A stretch of DNA of 20,000 nucleotides. Origin: Vicugna vicugna (lineage: Eukaryota). This document shows, one piece after another, positions 10,161 through 20,000 of the stretch (its first letter is position 1; each line of letters begins with the position of its first letter). The notes under the pieces were generated by a model that saw only the letters and a program-made list of their open reading frames with translations, was not told where the DNA came from and did no database searches. Location of the stretch: assembly GCA_013265495.1 (NCBI GenBank), contig MU058059.1:4242338-4262337 (forward strand), read 5' to 3'. A program made the position numbers and the translations under genes.

Positions 10161-11939
10161 TCAGCCCCCACGCGGCCCCCCATCTTTAAACTCATTCAAA
10201 ACGTGGTCGAGGATATTTCTGCACCATACGGAAAACATAACAAAGTCACATAGCCCGAGGGAACAGCGTTTTATTCATACTGAGCGAGAATGAAACGGGA
10301 GTGGGAAAGAGACAGACATGTCCTGTGCTGTGCTTAATAAAACAGCAAGTAACCTCGAGGTGACCCCCTTTCACGGGACCCCTGACTCCAAGGCAGGACG
10401 TCGACCAGTGCCGAAGGTTTGGTCTGAGCAGCCCTGAAATCCCCCGCAGCAGACGTGGGCAGAGGCAGGAATGAATCGGCCCCCTTTTCCTTTCGCTGGT
10501 CCCTCAGCTTCCAAAAATAATACTCTGCTCCAGCTGTTCTGTGAGGCCTTCAGTTTATTTGTCCTCAGTTGAAGTAAGAGACTCGAAATGAAACTCAGAT
10601 GCCTTGAGGAGAAAAGTCAAGCTTTCCAAAGTCAGCCCTGAAAAGGCCTTTCTTGTTTCCGAGCTGAACGGAAGCGCGTGGGGAGGGAGAGCTTCGCCCG
10701 AGTCCAGAGATGCAGGGCCAGGCCAGAAAAAGTGGTCCTGAAACGGTCTGCATCCTGCAAGCCAGCAAGCCAGCTCCGCCCCGTTTTAACCCCCAAGGCA
10801 GCCGGGCAGCGGTGGGTCTTGTAAGAGGCACTAGGCGCACGTGGTGTGAGGGATGCCTCCACAGAGAGGGACCACGTCCACCCAGCCCGAGGCTCCAGGA
10901 CCCACCTTCCACGTCCTGCTACCAAAGCCCGTTTCACTGGCCTCTCTGAATTCGCTGAGTTTTTAAGCGGAGCCCTGTCCAGGGGGTGGAGGCGGCCACA
11001 GCAAGAAGACAGGGACCTGGCTGCTGAGCTCCAGCCTGGCTTCTGCCGCCAGAGACACACACCTCGCTGCCCCCAGGCTTCTGCCTCCCTGTCAACAAAA
11101 GGAAGAGCTATGGGACGCCAGCTCCGTGGGCCAGCGTGGGTTTCCCAGGGGAGCAGGAAGGGGGCCACCTTTAAAACGTCACTTCTCAAACTGACGCCTC
11201 TTTCCTGTCCCCTCCCTGCACCTCCTGTCACTCAAGTCAAGTGTGTCCGAAACTGGGGAAGAGAGGACGTCAGGAGAGAAGCCGGGACAGTGTGTCACCC
11301 ACCAGCTCAGGGAGAACCATCTGACACAGGAAACCGGCTCTGCCCCCTCCCGCCAGGCCCCACCTGGGAGATCTTCACTCACTTCATCTAAGAAAGATTC
11401 AACATCTAAAATCAACCAGGGTTCCCTCCAGGACACTGTGAGACAGAAACAGCGGATGAGTGAGGGCTGCGTCCAGGGCCGGACACGAGACACGGTGGCC
11501 CTTCCTTGGAAACGGCTCCTGCATCACTTTCCGCAAACAGGTGTCAGCAAAGGAACTACGTCTTGCGAGCCACGCCCTGCCCTGTGGCCGGGCCTGCTTC
11601 CACACTGGGAAGCGACTGGGAAGCAGCCCAGAGAAGATGTCAGCAAACGTGGAAAGGACACGAAAGCCACGTCTTTCCACGTCCAGAAACACACTTCGGG
11701 CAGCACAGCCGCTTTCATCCTGTTCACTGTCGTCTACACTGCTTCTCTGCTGTGAGTGTGGAACGGGGTGGGGGCAGCAGAGCCTGGGAGCTGAGCCGAG
11801 CCTGGCCCAGCCCTCCCTGAAAAGGTGCAGGGGGGTCGGGTCCGAACTTGGTGTAGAGCGAGCCCCGAGCCAGGAGGCCTCCGACAGCAACACACAGGCC
11901 AGGCCAGGCACCTTTTTCTCTTCTGTTTCTTTATTTTCC

Positions 11940-12800
11940 AATTTTCTAATTTCTTCTTACAAAGGTATAAATGCTTATAAAATTTCCCAACATTACAAAG
12001 TCCATAAAATAAAAAGGAAGTTCCCCACCCTCTACTTTGAATTCCCTTCCTCGCAAGAACTCACTGTTAACGTTTAGTGTGTTTTCTTCCAACCCGTTTC
12101 TTTTTCACAAAAGTAAGAAAGTTACACTGACAATAATCTTTAACCTGCCTTTGTAAGTATTTATCACATCAGTACATGCGTGTGCACCATGCTCCTTTCT
12201 TAAAAGACTGCATGGTTTCCTCATGCATCGTGATTCATGTAACCAATCCCCGCCCACTGGACTGTGTGCGGGACTCGGTTCTGCCTTCAACCATCTGACA
12301 CACGTTTCTGCTCATCTGAGCCAGTATTTCTGCAGGTTAGCATCCTTTTGGAAGAGAAAATGGGCATATTTTAAATTTCAGTAGTTAATACCATACACTC
12401 TGCCACAAAAGTTGAAAAACATAAACTCCATTTTGCCATTCCCTCTCCCGATGCACCGCCAGCAACTCCACATCAGTCTATGTCACCATTTATATTTTGA
12501 CAGGTGAGATGGGGGATGGGGCTATGCTTTTAATTTACATTTTTATTATCAGCGAGTTTGATGTTACTTTCGTAGGACTGACTGGTAACTTGTACTCCTT
12601 CTTTCATGAGTTGCTGATAAATATCATTTTCCGTTTTTCTTGCAGCCTCTCTTTCATCGCAGCCACATCCTTCTGTCCTCTCACATTCCGTGGAGAGCAG
12701 AACTTTGCTAGCTACAGGCATGACAGGTGTTCTCTCATAATATCATCTGCCTTTATACCTTGTTTATGAAGTCTTTCATCATAAAGTAACCTTCTAATTA
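11940..12800 (-). mobile_element. Ancient L1ME-like fragment
   Basis: AT-rich block with reversed L1ME-like motifs: CACTGTTAACGTTTAGTGTGTTTTCTTCCA, ATGTAACCAATCCCC, AGTATTTCTGCAGGTTAG, GACAGGTGAGAT, GCTTTTAATTTACATTTTT. Confidence 0.7.
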
Positions 12801-13588
12801 TTATTTTATATTAAGAAAATTAAGGGTAATTTAAAGTGCATCGATACATAAAGTTTTCAGCTGAAGCCCCCGTGTCTTGCCCATGTTTCCTCACTGGCCC
12901 GAACATGAAACTGCACCTTTCTCAGCAGGGAAGATTTAAAGGCTTGGACTTGGAAGAGAGTTTCAATAATTATTCAAAAAATAGCTAGGTTTTTAATTGA
13001 ATACACCCATTGCCCCAAATCCACAATCATTTGATTGTCTTGCTAAAACAATTGACGTTTCAGATGATTGCTGCATTTGATTTTTCCTTCCATTTGAACG
13101 CTTTTTTAAAAGCTGTGGAATTAATTAACAGAAAAACATTAATGTAATAGAGTCAAACAGCACGGAAACGAAAGTAATGACTTACTGCAACCTAGCCAGC
13201 TCCATCCTAAGTACCAAGGACACTGTAAGGCATTTTGAAAGTCTGTCCCCGCCCATTGAGAACTTCAACTTGCATCGAGGCAAAAGGTGTTTCCTTGTAT
13301 ATCACGATGTCACCTTCGATTTTCACCCCATTTTCACTGTTGTGATTCTCCAACAAGTGCCTGGGAACCCTGGGGTAGTACAAAGGCAGGCACCAAGGAC
13401 CACTTAACCTCCAGTGGCCACAGTGAACTCAAGTTCACTGGGGACGGGATGGCCTTCTGGATGGACATCCCCAGGGTCAAGGAGTCCCGCAGAGTCTGGG
13501 TTTGGTTCAGACTTGTCACAGCTTCCCTGAGGCTAACTGCAGTCCCCACCCTAGGCTGGGTTCACCCTACTGGAGCCCTATTTGGGTC

Positions 13589-13904
13589 TGTACAAAATTA
13601 AGAAACAGAGACTCCAATTAAATAGAGTCAGGAGATCGTCAGGGGAAGCCCTCGAGCCCTGTGGCCACGTGGAGCCCAACGGGAAGGAGAAGGACTTCTC
13701 CTCTCCGGCGAGTTCTCGGCCAACGAGAAGCCGAGGACCCTGCCTGCTGTTTACCACAGCCTCCCGACTTCCTCCCCCCGTGGCGGCCAGGGGACTTGCA
13801 CGTGGCTCGCCAGGGCTGCAGACCCAAAATGCAGTCCTCCACTGATCCAAAGAAACCCATCTTTGCTGGAGAAATACCTGGCATCTGTTTGCTTCAGGTC
13901 AGCA
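13589..13904 (+). mobile_element. Solo LTR of an ERV1-class endogenous retrovirus (MER41-like artiodactyl family, tentative)
   Basis: TG...CA termini (TGTACAAAATTAAG...AGGTCAGCA). The 3' part GGGACTTGCACGTGGCTC...GCAGACCC...AAACCCATCTTTGCTGGAGAAATACCTGGC resembles artiodactyl ERV1 LTR R/U5 as recalled. No internal ERV sequence flanks it. Confidence 0.7.
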
Positions 13905-14849
13905 GATTCCTTGGGACAGGGCCAACCCAAGCCCTCTCCTGACCTTCCCTAATCCTAAGAACATTCCTCAGGACTTGTAAATCCCCTCTAGAGCGCGGGG
14001 AATGGGCAAGGCCATCCAGAGGCTCTGGGAGCAGCCCGTGTGCAACCCCACCCCGCGCAGCCCTTGCGGGCCCGGCCCTCCCTCGCAGAGGCCTGGTGTT
14101 AGAAACAGAAGCGGCTCTTTAAAGTTGTAGGAAAATGTAAAAGCGTCTGTTTTCAGCAAATCTCTTCTTTTCGTATACCATTTATACTAGAGTCCATCAG
14201 TTGTGAAGTACAATGTCAACTTTATGTTCCAGTAAGAAAAAAAAACTGCCAATAATTTTTAAAAATACATTATAATTAGAGCTGTTGAAAATTTTTTAAT
14301 GAAAAAAATATGGTACTTTCCCTACAAAGTTCTATTTCTCACCTGTCAATTTGGGGAAAAAAAAAAAAAAGATCACATTCAGCGTTTCTATCCTCACAAA
14401 AAACATCCTAAAATACTTCAGGTCGATTGTGTTGGTCCTCTTCCTCCAGGCAGACACCGGGAGGCCGAGGGCCCTGCACTCCGGTCAGACTTTCTAGGAC
14501 ACACAAACTCTCACCCTTGACACCCTAACTGTGAGAGCTACCCAGTGGAAAACATACATCAAGGTGTCTGGAAAGTGAATAAACAGTACGTCAAGCATTT
14601 GTCGTTTTCGACAAAAACCACATCCTTTTTAAACTCCCTGACACCCGCCCTCAGCTCTCCTCTCTGCTCAGAATTTTGCCCTAGACTCAAGGCACAGGAG
14701 TGACCAAAGGATTATCTGGAACCTGCTCTGACCACTTGTCGTACTGGAAACTCAGTAAAAACTGAAGATGTCATTTCTGATAAAGGAACCATCACGAAAG
14801 ACGGGAGCTTTTCGTTTCCCAGTACGCATTCCCATTTGGCATCAGGACA

Positions 14850-14935
14850 GGCTCTGGCCAAGCCACAGCGAACACACGCAGGGCCAGCAGGAAGTCAATC
14901 TTTGTTGCTGCAAACCTCTGAGACCCAGGGATGGG
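14850..14935 (+). mobile_element. Possible MLT1 (MaLR) LTR 3' end relic
   Basis: GAAGTCAATCTTTGTTGCTGCAAACCTCTGAGA resembles the MLT1 end GAAATAAACCTTTGTTGTTTTAAGCCACTGAGA. Confidence 0.45.
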
Positions 14936-16668
14936 GTCTCTCTGGAGCCCCTCTTTTGGGGGAACACTCCCCTGCAACGAGGCGTTTATAGTCCGGGGTG
15001 ACCATCTCCTCCTGTCCTGTGCAAACATCTCCTCCCGTCCTGTGCACCACCTGGTTCAGCCAGTGAGGCTCCCCAGCCGCCCAGTCCCGCCCAGGCACAA
15101 GGACCCGCCCGGGACCCCAGCAGGACCATTAAGCGTCGTCTCTGGGACTCTGGTGAGAGCCAGGGCAAAGGAGCCACTCCTTTCACGGGAGTCACGTTAT
15201 AAGTCGATTCGCATCCTTAGGTGACTGCTGTCACTTGGCAAGGACAGCTGGACTAAGGGTGACTCCAGCACACAAGAGAGCAGAGCCAGGAAATGGAGAA
15301 AAAGCAGTGGGGTTTGCACCGGGCCCCGCCACGACTGAGGAGGGGCTGGTATCTCGCCCCCTGTCTTTTCCAAATTTCATTTGGGTTCCAGAACTTGCAA
15401 CCAAAAATGACAGCTCTGAGCCAAGCCACAGCAAACCAAAACAGACCCACGTCCCCTGTGACGGTCGGCGTCTGGAGGGAAGGGGCCTTGAGGACCAGAG
15501 CTCTTCCTCCAGCCAGCGGGGCTGGACGGACACGAAGCTACTCTAAGCGAACAAGAAATGCCACGTTTGGGAAAGGCTTCCGGGGGTACGCAGTCCCAGG
15601 CCAGCCTTACTACCTCTGTGCAAACAGGCTTCCACACCCCTGTCGCCGCTTGGCAGGCATCTCCATGCCCGTGTCTCTCATCCTCTCCAGCTTCTTAGAT
15701 GCCCAGGAAGCTTTCGGCGTGAGCTTTTCACAAGATGGACAGAACCATCGGGACGGTGCTGGCGTCAGACCCACCCGGCCCCCCAACCCCGAACGCGCCA
15801 CGAGGCAGCACCGTGGCACTGTGTCCTGCGGCGGCCGGAACTGGGGAATATTTCATGAAATGTGGGAGCGTTCTGAGGTTTGACCACAAAACTATAAACT
15901 GTGTGAAAGCCGTGTCGTGGAATACGAGCGAAATGATGTCGGACAGCAACCAGCGGTGCACTTGGACGGCTCCCCGCTCCAAGCGGGACTTGGGGAGAAG
16001 CACCCGGAGCCTCAAGGACCACAAGTCTTCCCAAACGCCCAGGCCCTCTGCTCCGGGCGGCCTGACCCGCGAGGTCCTTCCAAGGGCTTCCCCAAAACAC
16101 TGAAACCCTCGTTTGTTTGAAAAGTTCAAGCTTCGTTCTTTTAGCACGTGGAAGGAAAGTCACACACGAATGAATGTTTAAAATGCCTTTTTGGTCATCC
16201 TGCTAAACGTACCTGAAAAATGCTGCTTCAGGCCTAAAGTCAGGTGGCCCTCCCCTCCTGCCATCCACCTGTGGGCCCTGGTCAGCCTCCCCCTCCTCAC
16301 ATGGGAAGCGCAAGCAGGGTGGCGTGCAGGGAGGGCCTCGTGGAGATGCCGGGAGAGGAGCTGTGCAGCTGCCCACAGACACCCCAGGAGGGACTGCACA
16401 GGGATGGCTTCCAGGGCGAGCCCTTCTGCGCATCCCCGCCGGGCGGGCTGGGTCCTGGGATGGGACAGGGCTACCACAGTGATGCTCAGGGCATCCCAGC
16501 CTGGAACTCGGGCCCCGGGGAGAGCCCTGCGAATCAGGCAGGGTCCTCCTGACAAATCGTTTTGGTTCTGTCCTCTGAACTCCACTGCTATGACTTCAGA
16601 CACCCTTAGAAGGCGGGCCTGGGGGGTGATACAAATTTCTCTGAATGACTTTTAAGACATACCGGGCT

Positions 16669-16831
16669 GGGGAGCGGGTGCAGCTCAGTGGTAGAGTGCC
16701 TGCTTACCGTGCCTGAGGTGCTGGGTTCACTCCTGGGTGCCTCCATTAAATAAACAAACAAATAAACCTAGTTACCTCCCCCACAATAAAATAAAATAAA
16801 ATAAAATAAAATAAAATAAAATAAAATAAAA
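16669..16831 (+). mobile_element. tRNA-derived SINE (camelid-type)
   Basis: GGGG start, A box CAGCTCAGTGG (16681-16691), B box GGTTCACTCC (16724-16733), body AAATAAACCTAGTTACCTCCCCC and an (AAAAT)n tail. Confidence 0.9.
16785..16831. repeat. (AAAAT)n pentanucleotide microsatellite, SINE tail
   Basis: About 9 perfect units read directly. Confidence 0.95.
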
Positions 16832-17013
16832 GTTATTAAAAATAGACCCATTACTAAGGGCAGAGAAGGCAGACACATCAGCCCGCCTGACGCGCGTGAA
16901 GGTCCAGGAAGAGCCCACGGGCCCGACAAGAGAAGAGCTTCCCTAATTCTGGGCGGGAAACAACCAACCGAAAAGAAGAAGAGAAAATTTAAGTATTTGA
17001 ATAAAATGCATGT

Positions 17014-17043
17014 AAGAATCTAATGGCTAAGAATCTAATGGCT
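17014..17043. repeat. Perfect 15-bp tandem duplication (AAGAATCTAATGGCT x2)
   Basis: Read directly: 17014-17028 and 17029-17043 are identical. Confidence 0.95.
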
Positions 17044-17224
17044 TCGCCAAAGTGAAACATTCCGCAACTCAGGCGAGTCAGTTTTTTCCCAAAGAAATAC
17101 CTAAAATTTTACGTGCAATGTGACTTCGTTTCCCAGGCAATGGTCAGTAGACTTTCATCACGACGATCTTCCACACGTTGGACACAGGACCCTCAGACCC
17201 ACGGAGACCCGAGTGTAACATTCG

Positions 17225-17335
17225 TGAGTTTGAATCCTTGGCCCTGCTTAAACTCGGGGGAGGTCACTGAAAAGCCCTTTGATTTCACCTTATATTAGGA
17301 TAAATCACAAGGTAGCCTTTTGTGTGGATGAGGGG
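17225..17335 (+). mobile_element. Possible MIR relic
   Basis: GAGTTTGAATCCTTGGCCCTGC...GGGGAGGTCACTGAA...TGTGTGGATG loosely follows MIR order. Confidence 0.4.
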
Positions 17336-17471
17336 CTGGAAGTATCACTGACGCATGAAGGCTAACGCCGAAGCCAGCAGTGGAGAAGACAGCCCCTTCC
17401 CCTAGTTCCTGCAGACTGCACAAATCCAGGAAACACACTGGCAGTTTGACGATGACCCCAAGCGCACAGCA

Positions 17472-17573
17472 CAGGCGGGTCGCACAGAGATTTCCGGTTT
17501 GGTTCCAGACACCGCAATAAAGTGAACGTCACGATAAAGCAAGTCCCACGGTCTTCCTGGTTGTCCAGCACAT
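17472..17573 (-). mobile_element. Tigger1-type DNA transposon 3' terminus in reverse orientation
   Basis: CAGGC...GGTTCCAGACACCGCAATAAAGTGAACGTCACGATAAAGCAAGTC matches the reverse of the recalled Tigger1 right end and is inversely homologous to 17950-18051. Confidence 0.85.
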
Positions 17574-17574
17574 G

Positions 17575-18051
17575 GAGCACACCTCGTGTGTTTGATTGTA
17601 CTTCACTCTGCTGACACTGTGTTTTTAACAAACGGGCGGACTGTGTCAGCCCTGCCTCGGGCAAGTCCGTCGGCGCCATTCCTCCAACGGCGTCTGCTCA
17701 CTTCGCGTCTCCGAGTCACATTTTGGTAATTCGCACAATAGTTCAGACTTCCTCATTATTAGTTTATTCGTCATGGTGATCTGTGAGCGCTGACCTGCGA
17801 TGTTGCTGCTACAACTGGCCAAATGCTCAGCTGATGGCAGCACTTTTCAGCAGCACAGTGTTTCTTTAACTAAGGGACGTACAGTGCCCTCCAGACATCA
17901 CGCTGCTGCACACGCACAGAATACAGCGCAGTGCAAACTCTGACTGTCACGCGCACTGAGAAACCAAACGTCCGTGTGCCTCGCTTCACTGTGACAGTCA
18001 ACGTGCTGCGGTGTCTGGAACCAAAGCCGTGCGAGCTCCTGCGTACACTTA
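17575..18051 (+). mobile_element. Internally deleted, non-autonomous Tigger1 derivative
   Basis: Tigger1 left-end motifs (GCAAGTCCGTCGGCGCCATT, GCTCACTTCG, GTCACATTTTGGTAATTC, ATGGTGATCTGTGA) are joined at ~17810 to right-end motifs (GCTCAGCTGATGG, GCACTGAGAAACCAAA, GTCTGGAACC). No transposase sequence. Confidence 0.88.
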
Positions 18052-18520
18052 CTAAACTTACACCCTTCATATTAACGTGCTCCGATTTAACCTACAAGTA
18101 GAGCAGATTTGGGAGAAAATCAGTCAGCTGGGTCCCACTAAAACAGAGAAGCCACGAGAATTCGCATTCAGTGGTACTCGTTATATTACAACATTAACTT
18201 AATACTAAATTGGGGCCGCTTCTTTGCCACTGAAATACTTCTGCGAAGTCCTCATAGAAATTCCAGGTCCGGGGTGTCAGCTGGTCTGCACTTATTCCGG
18301 GAATTATACCGAACAGGCTACCCCACATTCGCCACATACATTCAGACCTGCAGCCTCAAAGAAAAACCACAAGATTCTGATTCTAAAAAGAAGAGCCAGA
18401 TTCTACCTAGAATCTCAGAAGGAGAAACATCACAGTGCAACCAAAGTGCTGAGCAGAAAAAGCCAAGCAAAAGCCAAGAGCAGCAACTGGCTTTTTGTTT
18501 CACAGTTTAAAACGTGCTTT

Positions 18521-18922
18521 CATCATTCTAAGTAAAATAAGCCAGAAAGAGAAAAAAAAAAAACTACCATATGGTAGCACTCATACGTGGACTCTAAAAA
18601 AAAGAAAAAGACAAAGAGGGGACACTAATGAACTCATCTACAAAAAAGAAACAGATGCCCAAACATAATTAACAATCTTATGGTTACCAGGGAAGGGGGT
18701 GGGGAGGGATAAATCTGAGAGCTCAAGATTTGCGAATGGTAACCACTATATACACAAATATATAAAAATAGATTAAAAAACAAATTTCTTCTGTACAGCA
18801 CAGGGAACTATGTGCAACAGCTTGTAATAACCTTAATGAAAAAGAATATGAAAGCAAATGTACGTACGTGCATGACTGGGACGCTGTGCTGTGCACCTGA
18901 AATCGACACACTGTAACCGACC
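18521..18922 (+). mobile_element. 5'-truncated L1 (end of ORF2 + 3' UTR)
   Basis: TCATTCTAAGTAAAATAAGCCAGAAAGAGAAA is homologous to 7932-7963; also TATGGTTACCAGGGAAGGGGGTGGGGAGGGATAAA and CTGTACAGCACAGGGAACTAT. Confidence 0.93.
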
Positions 18923-19861
18923 AAAATAATTTCTTTATATGGTGCTACTGAGATTCACGTCTCCAAATCAAACCCCCTGATGTGTCCACTGTCCGTTCAC
19001 AGCCTCACGGGCTGGCCTTGCTGTAGCCATGAAACCGCACAAATACCTCACGTTAGTCAGGGTCCTGCTCGCCTGTGAGACCGGCTTATGCACGGGTTAC
19101 ACACAAGGCAACATCTAATTAGGCACCAATAAAACCTATGTAATTTTCTGGAAGTGATGCTGAGGACACAGGGTGTTCCACTGTCTGCAAACATGTGATG
19201 CCCCAGGGTTTGACTGGATATGGGGACTCGACGGCTCCTTCTGCAGACAGAGCGCCAACAGGAAGACGGGGCCCCACGGAGGACGGGGCTCAGACACCCT
19301 GATGCTGGGGTCCTCACCAACATGGTCTGTGGGCCCCGCACCTCCGAGCCTCCCAGGGCTGGCAGGATCAATCTGATCCCCGGTCCAGACCTCAGATAAA
19401 GGCCTTGCTCTGTCTACTCATTCTGGTCCGCAGCCCAGTGCCCAGCGCTGCACAGGCATGGAGAGCTGTTGATGGAACTGGCTGATTCAGGACTCCCGGA
19501 AGTGCACCTCATGTGCCAACCAGGTGACGGTGTCGGGCTTCACCTGAGCCCAGCGCTCCTGGAGGTAGGAACCCCACCTCCCCCTCAGGGGGCACTGGGA
19601 GCCTGGTCGTCCAGGCTTAGACACAGATTCAGGCCCTGCACGCGAAGTCGAACTTTAAAACGCTACCCTTTCACAATAGCCATGCTATATCGCTACCTCA
19701 TAAAACATCTGCAGACAGGAAATCTCTCTGCATTTGTTTCCTCTGAACCGTTCAATCTAAACCAACCCCCGGTGCGCAGGGAAAATGTGAATGCTCAGTT
19801 ATTCCTCCCAAGGCTGCGTAAAACGACCTCCTCTGACGGGGGTTTGTCTGCTGTTGCTCAC

Positions 19862-19896
19862 CTCCTGGCGGGAGGGGTCCGCACCCAGCTGCTACT
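19862..19896 (-). other. Candidate 35-nt internal exon of an unidentified minus-strand gene
   Basis: On the minus strand: branch point GACTAAC (19938-19932), acceptor TATTTCAG|, exon AGTAGCAGCTGGGTGCGGACCCCTCCCGCCAGGAG, donor GAG|GTGAGC. Confidence 0.5.
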
Positions 19897-20000
19897 CTGA
19901 AATACATGTACAAACACTTGTCAGCAGTAATGTTAGTCACAGAGCTGTGTTATCAAAGTAAAAGGAAGACCCCCGCCCCCTTCTGTGCTCCAGGAAGCAG

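Noticed and set aside
10632..12077. Overlapping 170-205 aa ORFs
   Set aside because: Open on both strands, low information content and no recognisable homology.
16669..16745. tRNA gene
   Set aside because: It has A/B boxes but no intact cloverleaf and continues into a SINE body and A-rich tail.
1..20000. Prokaryote-type systems (CRISPR array, operon, defence island)
   Set aside because: No regularly spaced repeats or gene-dense structure; the repeats show this is mammalian DNA.

Overview
This is mammalian genomic DNA, not prokaryotic. The tRNA-derived SINE at ~16.67 kb and the style of the L1 3' ends suggest an artiodactyl, most likely a camelid; this is recalled similarity, not a search result. 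The window is GC- and CpG-rich, non-coding and looks intronic. It contains several 5'-truncated L1 3' ends, old L1M/L2/MIR relics, a solo ERV LTR, a composite Tigger1-type DNA transposon and a CpG island at ~5.5-6.25 kb. No ORF in the track is a credible gene; the only recognisable protein fragment is the L1 ORF2 C-terminus (7826-8002). I found no convincing new biological system. The best leads are a candidate 35-nt minus-strand exon (19862-19896), a twin-primed (5'-inverted) L1, a fold-back Tigger composite, an 'empty' 15-bp duplication that resembles a target-site duplication, strong AT->GC drift in old repeats, and several candidate regulatory elements. Repeat family names and boundaries were assigned by eye and are approximate.
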